Shown here: positions 30,701-40,125 of the stretch, piece after piece
Layout of the letters: each line of letters opens with the position of its first letter
Numbering within the stretch: position 1 is the first letter of the stretch
From: a virus
Virus record (IMG/VR): IMGVR_UViG_3300044631_002183
Location: 64,948 to 128,947 of that record
Reading direction: 5' to 3' (one strand)
Length of the DNA: 64,000 nt
The notes under the pieces: generated by a model
Told to the model about the DNA's origin: nothing
What the model saw: the letters and a program-made list of their open reading frames with translations, nothing else
Databases searched by the model: none
Position numbers and translations under genes: made by a program

Positions 30701-33700
30701 CGCCAGTAGAACCAGATGTACCAGACGATCCCGAAGTTCCTGAAGAGCCGCTTGTTCCAGAAGACCCACCCGATCCGGAAGTACCAGAGCTTCCAGAAGA
30801 ACCAGAGGAGCCAGAGGAGCCGCTGCTGCCAGCTTCACCCATAGGCCCGAATGCTACATTTGTTATTCCTTGAGAATTCGCAGAATAAAAACTAGAATCA
30901 AAATAAAGAGCATTTCCAAGTCCTCTAGCAACAGTTCTTTGTATTACCCCATCTTTCCAGTATCTTACATTGGCTCCATCATAAGTAATTGCTAAAACTG
31001 TGCTTGCAGTATAAGCTATTCCAGTAAGTACCGCAACATTGTTTTCCCATATCGATAAATTATTATCTAAATACCAAGCATAATCCAATGAAGTATACGA
31101 AGCGTCTCCAGTGGGATCAGAATTCAAACTAAACATCGCAATAACATTAGTGCTTGTTGCTTTTGCTGTGCAGTATACGCCTCTTACATATCCTTGAGTA
31201 GAGTAAACTTGACTATCCCAAGCATTAGCTCCTGAAGTTTTTAAGAAAGTCGAACTATCTGCTCCATATACAACTCCTTGAAAGTTAGGAGTCCAATCTG
31301 AAGCTCCTCTAGCACCAGTTCCACCTGTTCCGCCAGTGCCACCAGTGCTACCAATAGATCCTGTAGACCCTATTCCACCTGTGCCACCAGTTCCTCCTGT
31401 TCCTCCAGTAGAACCTGAGCTGCCAGAAGTTCCCGCAGAACCAGAAGTGCCAGAGCTTCCAGCAGAGCCAGAAGTCCCTGAAGATCCACTAGTTCCAGAT
31501 GAACCACCTGATCCAGATGTGCCAGATGATCCGCTAGTTCCAGAAGAACCTCCTGACCCTGATGTTCCACTAGAACCAGAAGAGCCTGATGACCCACCAG
31601 ACCCTGAAGTTCCTGATGTTCCGCTTGTTCCAGAAGAACCTCCAGATCCAGAAGTCCCACTTGATCCAGAAGTTCCTGATGACCCACCGGAACCTGAAGT
31701 CCCAGAAGACCCACTGCTTCCTGAAGTGCCAGAAGACCCAGATGTTCCACTTGAACCACTTGTTCCACTGACTATTCCCAATGTTGTCTGCGCAAATGAA
31801 TAGTGTGTTGTACCTTCTGTTACAAATGTTATACTATTTGATTGATTGTCTGTATTTGTTGCACGAACTTTAACAAGTATTTTGTCTGTTAAATTTAATG
31901 AATAACCCGATTGATATGTATCGGAGTTCACCATTGATGGTGTGGGAGAATTACTTGTTACCGCAACAGGATCTGTTGTAAATAATAAAGTTTCAACTCC
32001 CCCAGAAGATCTTTTATAAACTTCACAAAATATATTAAATGAAGCGTTAGCATCTTGTTTATATGCATGTAAGAAAAATGCCCAAATACCCGCTGGTATC
32101 GCTGTTACATTGGGTAGATTTGTAGCTGTTAAATATGATTGAATAGTTTCTGTGACGCCACTTGCAATCGTAGCAGATACACTTTGTTCTGCTGCTGCGC
32201 TTGGAGTTATAGAAAATTCCTTGTATGGCGTTTGTGTTACAGATTCATTAAAGTAATAGACAGCGCCTCCTGATACGCCATCTATGCCGCTTGATCCAGA
32301 AGACCCGCTAGATCCAGATGAACCAGAAGTCCCTGAAGATCCACTAGTTCCAGATGAACCACCTGATCCAGATGTACCAGATGATCCGCTAGTTCCAGAA
32401 GAACCTCCTGACCCTGATGTTCCACTAGAACCAGAAGTGCCTGATGACCCACCAGACCCTGAAGTTCCTGATGTTCCGCTTGTTCCAGAAGAACCCCCAG
32501 AGCCAGATGTACCAGAGCTTCCTGATGTTCCAGATGTACCAGATGAACCGCCAGACCCCGAAGTTCCAGAAGACCCAGAGCTTCCGCTGGTGCCAGAAGA
32601 TCCATCGCCACCGCTTGCGCCGTCTAAGTTTATTAACCAGCTAGAATAAGTTCCAGATCCTACAGTTCTTATTGGTGCGCCAAAAGATAAATCTCCAGTT
32701 GCAGCATTATAAGAGATAACTTCGCACTCTTGGAAATTAGATCCATTATATACAACAATAATAGATTGAGCAACGCTATAACCATAATTAGGTCCAATAT
32801 TTAAAGTACCAGCATTTCCTAAAGTAAATGAAGTTTCTGAAGTTGCTCTATATTTATCTCCACTAGATCCAGAGCTTCCGCTTGTGCCAGAAGCGCCGCT
32901 TGAACCAGATGTTCCTGATGATCCGCCAGAACCAGAAGTCCCAGAGCTTCCTGAGCTTCCGCTTGAGCCAGAAGTTCCAGAGGAGCCTCCTGACCCACTA
33001 GTTCCAGAAGACCCAGAGGTTCCAGATGAACCAGATGTCCCGCTAGTTCCAGAACTTCCTCCAGAACCTGATGTTCCAGAAGAGCCAGATGTTCCGCTAG
33101 TTCCATCTATTCCAGATGTTCCACTAGTACCCGATGTCCCGCTAGTTCCAGAAGAACCACTTGTTCCACTAGATCCACTGGTTCCAGATGAGCCACCAGA
33201 GCCAGAAGTCCCAGAGCTTCCTGAGCTTCCGCTTGAGCCAGAAGTTCCAGAGGAGCCTCCTGATCCACTAGTTCCAGAAGATCCTGAAGTCCCAGAAGTG
33301 CCACTTGTACCAGAAGTTCCGCTTGTGCCAGAGGAACCTCCAGAACCTGATGTTCCAGAAGATCCTGAAGTGCCTGAAGAACCACCAGATCCAGAAGTTC
33401 CAGATGAACCAGATGTTCCGCTAGTTCCATCTATACCAGAAGTGCCACTTGTACCAGAAGTTCCGCTTGTACCAGAAGATCCACTAGAACCAGAAGTTCC
33501 CGAAGTGCCAGAAGAGCCTCCAGAGCCTGATGTTCCTGATGATCCGCCAGATCCAGAAGTACCAGATGATCCAGACGTCCCAGAAGTTCCTGAAGATCCT
33601 CCAGAACCTGATGTTCCAGATGATCCAGAAGTTCCAGATGACCCAGATGTTCCTGAAGACCCAGAGGTTCCAGAAGATCCATCTGCGCCGCAAAGAACCC

Positions 33701-34640
33701 AAGAAACAGCATAAGTGCTATTTAGTTCTATATTTCCATGGCCAGCTAAGAAATTTAAATTTACAGCCCAAGTATCATCTCCATTACGAATAACACTAGC
33801 AACAAAAAGCTCTACTCTATTATGAATATCTGCCGTGTTTACTAATTGGAATATTGCTTTCTCGTATCTTAATTCAACCCAAGTTCTTAATCCTTCAAAC
33901 CAAGAGTCTAATAAACTTCCGCCAGAATCATATTCATTAAATATAGCAGAAGTAATAGAAGACAAAGATCCATTTCCAGCAACTACTTTAAATTCACCAT
34001 TTGCTAAAACTGCATTATTTGTTAGTAAATATCTGTAAGTATTAGCTCCGTCCACTCCTGAAGAGCCAGAAGTGCCAGAAGACCCTGATGAGCCTGAAGT
34101 TCCCGATGTGCCTGAAGATCCTCCAGAACCACTTGTCCCAGAAGTCCCCGAAGTTCCTGAAGTGCCGCTTGTTCCAGATGTACCACTTGTGCCAGACGAT
34201 CCTCCTGATCCAGAAGTGCCAGAAGATCCCGAGGTTCCAGAAGACCCTCCTGATCCAGAAGTTCCGCTTGTTCCTGAAGATCCGCTTGATCCAGATGTTC
34301 CAGAAGATCCAGATGTGCCAGATGTTCCACTTGTACCAGACGAACCACCTGACCCAGAAGTTCCCGACGATCCTCCAGACCCAGATGTTCCAGATGAGCC
34401 GCTTGTACCAGAAGACCCGCCAGATCCTGAAGTGCCAGAGCTTCCACTAGAGCCAGAAGATCCGCCTGAACCAGAAGTGCCTGAGCTTCCAGATGAACCA
34501 GAAGTTCCAGAAGTGCCAGATGATCCAGCAGGACCGGGCAACCCAGCGCTTACAACTATAGCGCTTTCTATATCGCTTGGCGGAGCTGTAACTTCTACGT
34601 TAATTGATGGCTTTGGATTTACTATTACTATGTCTGGCAT
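27759..34640 (-). CDS. giant Gly-X-Y (Ser/Thr-rich) collagen-like tail fibre protein, 2293 aa
   Basis: Long (GTS/GSS/GSG/GGT)n tracts with Gly every third residue, interleaved globular domains, GNIGIGTTSP-type motifs, C-terminal WPGG..PTLT...DVF fibre domain. Confidence 0.85.
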   Translation of the reverse strand: MPDIVIVNPKPSINVEVTAPPSDIESAIVVSAGLPGPAGSSGTSGTSGSSGSSGTSGSGGSSGSSGSSGTSGSGGSSGTSGSSGTSGSGGSSGTSGSGGSSGTSGTSGTSGSSGTSGSSGSSGTSGTSGSGGSSGTSGSSGTSGSGGSSGTSGTSGTSGTSGTSGTSGTSGSGGSSGTSGTSGSSGSSGTSGSSGVDGANTYRYLLTNNAVLANGEFKVVAGNGSLSSITSAIFNEYDSGGSLLDSWFEGLRTWVELRYEKAIFQLVNTADIHNRVELFVASVIRNGDDTWAVNLNFLAGHGNIELNSTYAVSWVLCGADGSSGTSGSSGTSGSSGTSGSSGTSGSGGSSGTSGTSGSSGTSGSGGSSGTSGSGGSSGTSGTSGSSGSSGTSGTSGTSGTSGIDGTSGTSGSSGTSGSGGSSGTSGSSGTSGSGGSSGTSGTSGTSGTSGTSGSSGTSGSGGSSGTSGSSGSSGSSGTSGSGGSSGTSGSSGTSGSSGTSGTSGTSGTSGIDGTSGTSGSSGTSGSGGSSGTSGTSGSSGTSGSSGTSGSGGSSGTSGSSGSSGSSGTSGSGGSSGTSGSSGASGTSGSSGSSGDKYRATSETSFTLGNAGTLNIGPNYGYSVAQSIIVVYNGSNFQECEVISYNAATGDLSFGAPIRTVGSGTYSSWLINLDGASGGDGSSGTSGSSGSSGTSGSGGSSGTSGTSGSSGTSGSGGSSGTSGTSGTSGSGGSSGTSGSSGTSGSGGSSGTSGSSGTSGSGGSSGTSGSSGTSGSSGSSGSSGSSGIDGVSGGAVYYFNESVTQTPYKEFSITPSAAAEQSVSATIASGVTETIQSYLTATNLPNVTAIPAGIWAFFLHAYKQDANASFNIFCEVYKRSSGGVETLLFTTDPVAVTSNSPTPSMVNSDTYQSGYSLNLTDKILVKVRATNTDNQSNSITFVTEGTTHYSFAQTTLGIVSGTSGSSGTSGSSGTSGSSGSSGTSGSGGSSGTSGSSGTSGSGGSSGTSGTSGTSGSGGSSGSSGSSGTSGSGGSSGTSGSSGTSGSGGSSGTSGSSGTSGSAGSSGTSGSAGTSGSSGSTGGTGGTGGTGGIGSTGSIGSTGGTGGTGGTGARGASDWTPNFQGVVYGADSSTFLKTSGANAWDSQVYSTQGYVRGVYCTAKATSTNVIAMFSLNSDPTGDASYTSLDYAWYLDNNLSIWENNVAVLTGIAYTASTVLAITYDGANVRYWKDGVIQRTVARGLGNALYFDSSFYSANSQGITNVAFGPMGEAGSSGSSGSSGSSGSSGTSGSGGSSGTSGSSGTSGSSGTSGSTGGTGGTGGTGGTGGIGSTGSQGIQGSFGSLGSVGSRGSTGSQGGTGGTGGTGGIGSTGSQGIQGFQGGTGGTGGTGGTGGTGGIGSQGSSASLSGSSGYVAKFNSATTLTNSNIYDNGTNIGIGTTSPSWLLTAYAASAPQFAISNATRSFVLTNNAGDGLLSFNYSSANRLQFDTTNQWFNAGNLGVGTTTPSGKIHAVSAVSGDTLIRADGTNGGLFSIIDDLSDSLMSVNTIAGLPVFEVFANNTIKAGQFNSGDFTISGNKVGIGQPNPQYKLDVSGNIRFTGISTGTSNNVLVIEADGQVRTKINASSSGSSGTSGSMGSQGGTGGTGGTGGTGGIGSTGSQGIQGSQGGTGGTGGTGGIGSTGSQGGTGGTGGIGSTGSQGGTGGTGGIGSTGSQGGTGGTGGIGSTGSQGGTGGTGGTGARGASDWTPNFGGGVTYGADSTSFVKASGNANTWDGHLYSTQSYTRGVYCSMRSNTTGVYVMIGLNTDPTLDASYTSIDYAWYFVGDGTLRIYENGSDIGQSGSYTTSTVCSITYDGFNIRYWKDGVVQRTVSRAVGSPLYLDASFYTISSTLGLTNVAFGPMGESGSAGSAGATGGTGGIGSTGATGGTGGTGGTGGIGSTGSQGIQGSQGGTGGTGGIGSTGSQGIQGSQGGTGGTGGTGGIGSTGSIGSTGSAGRNAFTTTTAAFTMPAVSSTVVVSVGNTDWMQVSQIIYIENAGYFSINSWSSTTSVTLTNVGYTGNAAQNTVISTARRVGPAGLIGVTGSQGGTGGTGGTGGTGGLGSTGSQGIQGSQGGTGGTGGTGGTGGLGSTGSQGAGATITNNVDNYVVTATGSGLNGEANLTFNGNKLGVAGSIMGKGTSYILAANGAIPFDLNYGNVFVVQMNSGVSATSVSFSSRGSATGNAETVIAVIKYLGSNAIAWTGSGIYWPGGINPTLTNVNGRCDVFAFTSISYNSGWFGSIIAQNLDSTGFTI
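29452..29610. repeat. 45 nt tandem repeat (about 3.5 copies) within the fibre gene
   Basis: Unit CCTCCTTGAGACCCTGTAGATCCTATTCCTCCAGTGCCACCAGTG, encoding GGIGSTGSQGGTGGT. Confidence 0.8.
31459..32495. repeat. near-identical ~170 nt direct repeats at ~31470-31640 and ~32323-32495
   Basis: Shared CCAGAAGTCCCTGAAGATCCACTAGTTCCAGATGAACCACCTGATCCAGATGT...CCGCTTGTTCCAGAAGAACC including synonymous positions. Confidence 0.75.
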
Positions 34641-34641
34641 A

Positions 34642-34986
34642 TTAGTAAGTTACTTCTGGGGTTACTGTGACTGTTCCTTGCAATACTCTTGATACAGTAT
34701 TCTCAGGAGCTTGGCCTGATACATATCTTTCTATATCATAAACTGCAACTGTTATTGGAAGCGCTGCGGTTTCTGAAGGGCTTAATGTGAAATTAATTAC
34801 CCCTCCAGTAGCACTTACTACTGTAGGCTCTAAGTCAACAAGGACTCCAGTTGAACCATATGAGTATCTTATTTTTCCTCTTAAAGAATACCCACTTATG
34901 TTAATTGGAGTCCCGCTTGTATCAGTCAGGGTAGCTGTTAAATCGTAGTTCTCTCCCTGATTGACAATTATGTTGTATACAGCCAT
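34642..34986 (-). CDS. small virion/baseplate adaptor-like protein
   Basis: YNI.VNQG...GTPINISGY, LSPSETAAL, VYDIE, RVLQG.VTVTPEVT pattern typical upstream of fibre genes. Confidence 0.7.
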   Translation of the reverse strand: MAVYNIIVNQGENYDLTATLTDTSGTPINISGYSLRGKIRYSYGSTGVLVDLEPTVVSATGGVINFTLSPSETAALPITVAVYDIERYVSGQAPENTVSRVLQGTVTVTPEVTY

Positions 34987-35018
34987 GCCATAGATTACAC
35001 TCTATTTTGTTCAATAGA

Positions 35019-35750
35019 TCATATAATTCCTACTCCTTTTTGGCCCACAACCTTACTAGCACATTCGTTAGCAAAAAGAATTGCTTTTTCTATATCATTA
35101 GTTTTACTGAATTCTACTACTAATCCTGCCAAGAAAGAATCGCCAGCACCAGACACATCTATTACTTCTTGCTGTGCCACTGGATAGTTTTTACCTAAAT
35201 AATAACAACCATCTTCTCCTGCTGTTTTAATTATTCTATCTTTAAGAACGCTTGGGATACAATGCTTTGATCTATCGTATTCAAAATTATTAATCTTTAC
35301 GAACCTTACCTTTGTAGCCCAGTCTCCCAATATTCTTTTGCTATCAAGAAATACTGAATTATGATTAGACGAGATAGTTAAAACATCTTCTTCTGTTAAA
35401 AAACCTTTATTATAATCAGATATTACTATGTGATCATAATCATAACTCATCTTTTCTATATTGAATCTCTTTATGTTTTCGGCAGAATCTAATCTAAAGA
35501 ACATATGATTTGTACTCTTATGTACATATCTTGTTTTAGTTATATTAGACCAGTTAGGATTTGTGACTATATCGCAAGAGTTTTCTAGAGACTTAATGTT
35601 CCGATAAACATTCTTAGCCATTCCGGGATTATCATTTTGATCGATAATCTGCAATATCGGCACAGGCTTATCTGGACTCATTCTATTGCAAGAGCAATAA
35701 ACATGAACATCTCTACAGCTATCGCCTATGACTAAAATTTTCTTTTTCAT
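35019..35750 (-). CDS. PfkB-family HldE/RfaE domain I-like heptose-7-phosphate kinase
   Basis: ILVIGDSC.D, R.SPDKPVP, ISDYNKG, DVSGAGDSF. Confidence 0.85.
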   Translation of the reverse strand: MKKKILVIGDSCRDVHVYCSCNRMSPDKPVPILQIIDQNDNPGMAKNVYRNIKSLENSCDIVTNPNWSNITKTRYVHKSTNHMFFRLDSAENIKRFNIEKMSYDYDHIVISDYNKGFLTEEDVLTISSNHNSVFLDSKRILGDWATKVRFVKINNFEYDRSKHCIPSVLKDRIIKTAGEDGCYYLGKNYPVAQQEVIDVSGAGDSFLAGLVVEFSKTNDIEKAILFANECASKVVGQKGVGII

Positions 35751-36940
35751 TAGAATTTACTTTTTCTCTCGACGATCATAGATGGCCTTGAAGAGTAAAG
35801 AGCTTTTTTATAAGCTTCTAATACTTCTGGTCCAGTATTTGGAACATAGACAGGAAATGACACCATGTTTCTAAAGCCCTCTGTAAAGTTTTGAGAATGA
35901 GTTGGCCCAGAATAGAACGGGCCACTATCAGCCACAACTGTTCTAAATATTACTGGACACTCATATTCCCCATGAGAAATTCTCTCGATATGATTAGCGT
36001 GATTAATAATTGCATCTGCTGCTACTAACATGAAATCGTGACGTTCATAATAAACAACAGGCTTGAATCCTTCAAAAGACATTCCGATTGCAAGTCCAGC
36101 CATGAGATTTTCCGCAACAGGAGTTTCAATCTTTTGACTATTATCTACATTAACAAGATTGCCCATTGCATTTCCATGTTTGACATTATATCCAATAAAT
36201 ACAGAATTTGCTTTTCCAATCTCCGTCATGGCTTCAGTAACAGCATTCTTAAATGAAATATTTGGATCAATATCAAAAGACGGCATCTCTTCTGGAAGCA
36301 AATGCGGAAAATATTCAGCATCAGTTTTTTGCTTTGTTTTCTTTAGATCAATGTTCTCGTCAATTCTTGCGTGAGGATAAGTGATGTCGTATCGATATCT
36401 TTCTACACAAGGAGGCATCGGAGGCAATACAGATTGACCCCATCTTTCATTCTTTGGTGTGCAAACAGATCTATTATTATCTTCTACAATAAACTTGCAT
36501 GGCAAATCAAAACCAGAAACATATCTTGCCGCCTCAAAAAGATGCCCAGAATCTTCCGTGCCGTCACCAACGAAGCACCACACCTTTTGAGAAGACCCCT
36601 TGCGCTTGAGAGCAAGAGCGATTCCTGCTGCAATAGCTGGAGTACCGCCAATGATTGCTGACGTAAAGAAATTGCGCTTCCTGTCATAAATAAACATGCT
36701 TCTGCCATCTAAGATTCTTTGGCGCAACTCTTCTGCCGGGATTCCAGCGAGAAGAGCGTGATAATGATTTCTGTGATTAGAGATTACATAGTCTCCATCT
36801 TTGATATCCTTGAAGATTTCTATTAGCTGCTCTTCGTTGCCACCAGATAAGTGGAACAAGAAAGGCAACTTGCAATCTTTGTAGAGATCAATGATTGAGT
36901 TTTCGAAGTTAATTAAATCTTGCTTTGTGGCGTAATTCAT
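35750..36940 (-). CDS. fused TPP enzyme (E1 alpha + beta-like)
   Basis: HLSGGNEE, HRNHYH, GDGTED..EDNN, then ETPVAENLMAGLAIG, GPTHSQ. Confidence 0.85.
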   Translation of the reverse strand: MNYATKQDLINFENSIIDLYKDCKLPFLFHLSGGNEEQLIEIFKDIKDGDYVISNHRNHYHALLAGIPAEELRQRILDGRSMFIYDRKRNFFTSAIIGGTPAIAAGIALALKRKGSSQKVWCFVGDGTEDSGHLFEAARYVSGFDLPCKFIVEDNNRSVCTPKNERWGQSVLPPMPPCVERYRYDITYPHARIDENIDLKKTKQKTDAEYFPHLLPEEMPSFDIDPNISFKNAVTEAMTEIGKANSVFIGYNVKHGNAMGNLVNVDNSQKIETPVAENLMAGLAIGMSFEGFKPVVYYERHDFMLVAADAIINHANHIERISHGEYECPVIFRTVVADSGPFYSGPTHSQNFTEGFRNMVSFPVYVPNTGPEVLEAYKKALYSSRPSMIVERKSKF

Positions 36941-36941
36941 T

Positions 36942-37961
36942 TTAAAAATTGATAATGATTCTTCCAGATTCTCCAGACTTCAATTTAGTAATAGCCTCAT
37001 TGACATTGAAGATATCGTAGCGATCAGTCACTAGAGATTTTATGTTTATTTGTCCGTTTTTATAAAGTTTTATATATCTTGGAATGTCTATGTCTGGATC
37101 AAAGTTTCCAGCTTGAGTAGACCTAATAGTTTGCCCATTAGAAGAAAAGAATTTAATAGGATCAGATATCATTATTTGCGATCCCGGCTTTGGTTGAGAA
37201 ACAAGAATACATCTACCTTGCTCAGACAACATAGGTATAAATCTAGATACAAAACTTAAAATACCAGTAGTGTCTATGATGCAATCAAACTTTGTTTTTG
37301 ATTCTACTATCTTTTCTACATCAACCGGACTATAAAAAGCAGCTCCCAAGTTTTCAACCATTTGCCTTTTCTTTTCATTGATGTCTATTCCTACGACTTC
37401 TGAAGCCAATGAAAGTTTTGCGGCTTGCACACAACTAAGACCAACTCCTCCGCACCCAATCACCAATACGCTCTCTCCGAATTTAATATTAGCGTCTTTA
37501 TTCACTACGCTAAATCCGGTGGAAAGACCACACCCGAGCAAAGCGCAAAATTCATTATTTATATCCTTGTCTACTGCTGTGACACGATTTTCGGAAATCA
37601 CAACTTCTTCAGCAAGAGTCGTGACCTTTCCACCAGAGATTTCTCTTTCATTCCAAGTGTATTTAGCAAAATCAGCCTCAATTCCAGCCCCTTTTCGCCA
37701 ATGCATGACTACTTTATCACCCTTTTTTACTTTAGAAACATTTTCACCAAGATCTTCAACTATTCCACATCCTTCGTGCCCTATCAGATGCGGCATATAT
37801 TTTTCGTTATTCTTTAGCCCAGCTATTTCTTGCAACTGCGCTCCACACAAACCACTTGTCAATAGCCTTACCCTTACTTGCCCAAATGACAATTTCTTAG
37901 GCAGGTTTATACTATCTACATGGAGCGGTTTATTTTTTTCTATTAGAATCGCAGCTTTCAT
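36942..37961 (-). CDS. Zn-dependent alcohol dehydrogenase (MDR family)
   Basis: GLCG, GHEGCG, LLGCG, GCGGVG. Confidence 0.88.
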   Translation of the reverse strand: MKAAILIEKNKPLHVDSINLPKKLSFGQVRVRLLTSGLCGAQLQEIAGLKNNEKYMPHLIGHEGCGIVEDLGENVSKVKKGDKVVMHWRKGAGIEADFAKYTWNEREISGGKVTTLAEEVVISENRVTAVDKDINNEFCALLGCGLSTGFSVVNKDANIKFGESVLVIGCGGVGLSCVQAAKLSLASEVVGIDINEKKRQMVENLGAAFYSPVDVEKIVESKTKFDCIIDTTGILSFVSRFIPMLSEQGRCILVSQPKPGSQIMISDPIKFFSSNGQTIRSTQAGNFDPDIDIPRYIKLYKNGQINIKSLVTDRYDIFNVNEAITKLKSGESGRIIINF

Positions 37962-38542
37962 TATCTCTTTATTCTATCGAATTGTATCGAACTAATATAA
38001 AAAGATTGACACTTTGTCATCATCACCACAAATTCAGCAATCTCATCTGGGTCCATCAACTCATTAAAATCTGGTCGCCCGAAATTCATTCCGGTAGCCA
38101 TGGCCCTAGGATAGAGGTTTATTATTTTGATATTTTTTTGGAAAGCTTCTGCGGAAATAGAATCCGAATAACCCCTGAGAGCGTATTTAGCTGCTGCATA
38201 GTCCGGGTCTTTTAAGTCTGGATAAAGCCCGCAAATTGAATTGACATTTATTATTGTCCCCTCGCTCTTTGACTTAAAAAAAGAAAAAGCCGACCTTAGA
38301 ACATTTAACGATCCTTGATAAGATTTTATGTAATCATTCTTATCGAAAGCATTATTTATTATAATATCTGGGTTGTGCTCTTTGAAAATGTCCTCTGAAA
38401 TATCAAGCATATCGCATACTATCCCATTAAATATAGGATATTTTTTTCTTCCGCAGACAGTCACTTCATGCTCATGGTCGAATTTCTTAGCCAAAGAAAG
38501 GCCAAATCCAGATGTTCCGCCTACAATAAATACTTTTTTCAT
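37961..38542 (-). CDS. short-chain dehydrogenase/reductase
   Basis: GGTSGFG, INNA, YAAAK. Confidence 0.88.
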   Translation of the reverse strand: MKKVFIVGGTSGFGLSLAKKFDHEHEVTVCGRKKYPIFNGIVCDMLDISEDIFKEHNPDIIINNAFDKNDYIKSYQGSLNVLRSAFSFFKSKSEGTIINVNSICGLYPDLKDPDYAAAKYALRGYSDSISAEAFQKNIKIINLYPRAMATGMNFGRPDFNELMDPDEIAEFVVMMTKCQSFYISSIQFDRIKR

Positions 38543-40125
38543 TCTAATGAAAATATAAAATCTTCTGTGACAATAAAATCTACCGATCCGTCTAGTAAAT
38601 GCTTGATCACTTGGTGCGGGTAATTATTGATAGGCTCTCCATGGGCATTAAAAGAAGTATTCAGAACGATTGGTAGCCCTGAAATTTTTCTATACTCATC
38701 AATTATATCATAGTAAAGTTGATTAGCAGATCTTTTTACTAATTGAGGTCTTGCTGACTTATCCACCTTGTGAACAACAGCGGGTATTTTGTCTATCCAA
38801 TCTTGTTTAGTGCTATAACATAGCGTCATGAATTCTGAAGTGTATCTTGACTTTTCGCAGTCAAAGATGGAACTAGCATACTCTTCTAGAACAGATGGCG
38901 CGAAAGGCATGATTTCAGTTCTCTTCAATCTTGCGTTTAATTTTTGATGCGTTTCTGCATCTGTTGGGCGCACTACTATACTTCTGTTGCCCAATGCTCT
39001 AGGCCCGTATTCTGTTTTACCCAAGAACAACCCTATTACATACCCATCATTAATTAAATTTGCTACTTGATTTATGTTAAAAGCCTTTATGCGAACATTT
39101 TGATTGGTGCGCATCAACTCAAGCCAAGTTTCTCTTCCAAAACTTTCTCCCCAATAAACATGTTCTGGATGTAACGGTTTATTTATTTCATTAAGCTCAG
39201 AGGCTCTTACTAATGCTGCTCCTAAAAACAAACCAGCATCTCCCATTGCTTGATGGATATATATTTCGTCATATAATCCTGACTCGTTTATGAATTGATT
39301 TAATTTTACATTGGCGAATAAACCACCAGACAAGCACAGCTTCTTGTACTCAGGGAACCTGCCTTTCATATCCACTAACATTTTCAGAATCATGTCTTCT
39401 GAAAATTTTTGCAAAGTGGCAGCGTAATCTGCTTTTTTTTCTTCTTCTCTGAACCAGCCTTCATCAGATAACTTGTTTAAAATGAAAAAAAATGTTGAAA
39501 GCCAACCTACTTTTTTATGAGTCAAATCCTCATAATATAAGCATTGACTAAAATAATCATATATTCTCTGATTGACTTTCCCATGGCCAGCTAATCCAAC
39601 TATCTTCCCTTCATCCTTCAAGATTCTCCACCCCATCCAATTCGCGCTAAAACCCCATAAATTTGCCAAAGGAGAAGCTACTCCATACCAAGCTGAGTGC
39701 ACACAATCATAATAATTGTTTTCGCACAAATAGATTTTTCCTCTGCTTCTCAAACCTGCGCCATCTAACGATAAGCTAATCACTTTGCCACTCATACCAG
39801 ACGTATAGTAAGCACCTAAAGCGTGGCACAAATGATGTGAAAATGTTTTTATTTTAGAGCTTATTTCTTGCCTCCTATATTTTTCTGGGAAATTCTTAAA
39901 TAAGAAAGGTCTTGCTATCGCTATATGGTCGCAATTTTCCATTGACACTCCATATCGCTCTTCAATTGAAGCAACAGCCTTAGTTGGAAATATATTTTGG
40001 TTAAAGCAAGCTTTTACTCCAGTAAGCTTTTCTTCTTCCAAACTATAGACTACTTTTCCGTCTATAATCAAACACGCGCCAGCATCATGTCCATCAGTCG
40101 GTGATAATCCTATTATTTTACTCAT
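38539..40125 (-). CDS. carbamoyltransferase (NodU/CmcH family)
   Basis: HDAGA..EEEK, HHLCHA, DGAG, EGKIVGLA, GGLFANVKLN, EYGPRALGNRS, PFAP, LNTSFN.HGEP. Confidence 0.93.
   Translation of the reverse strand: MSKIIGLSPTDGHDAGACLIIDGKVVYSLEEEKLTGVKACFNQNIFPTKAVASIEERYGVSMENCDHIAIARPFLFKNFPEKYRRQEISSKIKTFSHHLCHALGAYYTSGMSGKVISLSLDGAGLRSRGKIYLCENNYYDCVHSAWYGVASPLANLWGFSANWMGWRILKDEGKIVGLAGHGKVNQRIYDYFSQCLYYEDLTHKKVGWLSTFFFILNKLSDEGWFREEEKKADYAATLQKFSEDMILKMLVDMKGRFPEYKKLCLSGGLFANVKLNQFINESGLYDEIYIHQAMGDAGLFLGAALVRASELNEINKPLHPEHVYWGESFGRETWLELMRTNQNVRIKAFNINQVANLINDGYVIGLFLGKTEYGPRALGNRSIVVRPTDAETHQKLNARLKRTEIMPFAPSVLEEYASSIFDCEKSRYTSEFMTLCYSTKQDWIDKIPAVVHKVDKSARPQLVKRSANQLYYDIIDEYRKISGLPIVLNTSFNAHGEPINNYPHQVIKHLLDGSVDFIVTEDFIFSLE

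Noticed and set aside
27759-34640. Possible CRISPR array or DGR from repeated DNA
   Set aside because: Repeats are in-frame coding units without unique spacers; no cas or reverse transcriptase gene in the window
29457-34692. Long Pro/Glu/Asp/Val-rich plus-strand ORFs and Leu-rich alternate-frame ORFs
   Set aside because: Shadows of the Gly-Ser-Thr codon repeats in the fibre gene
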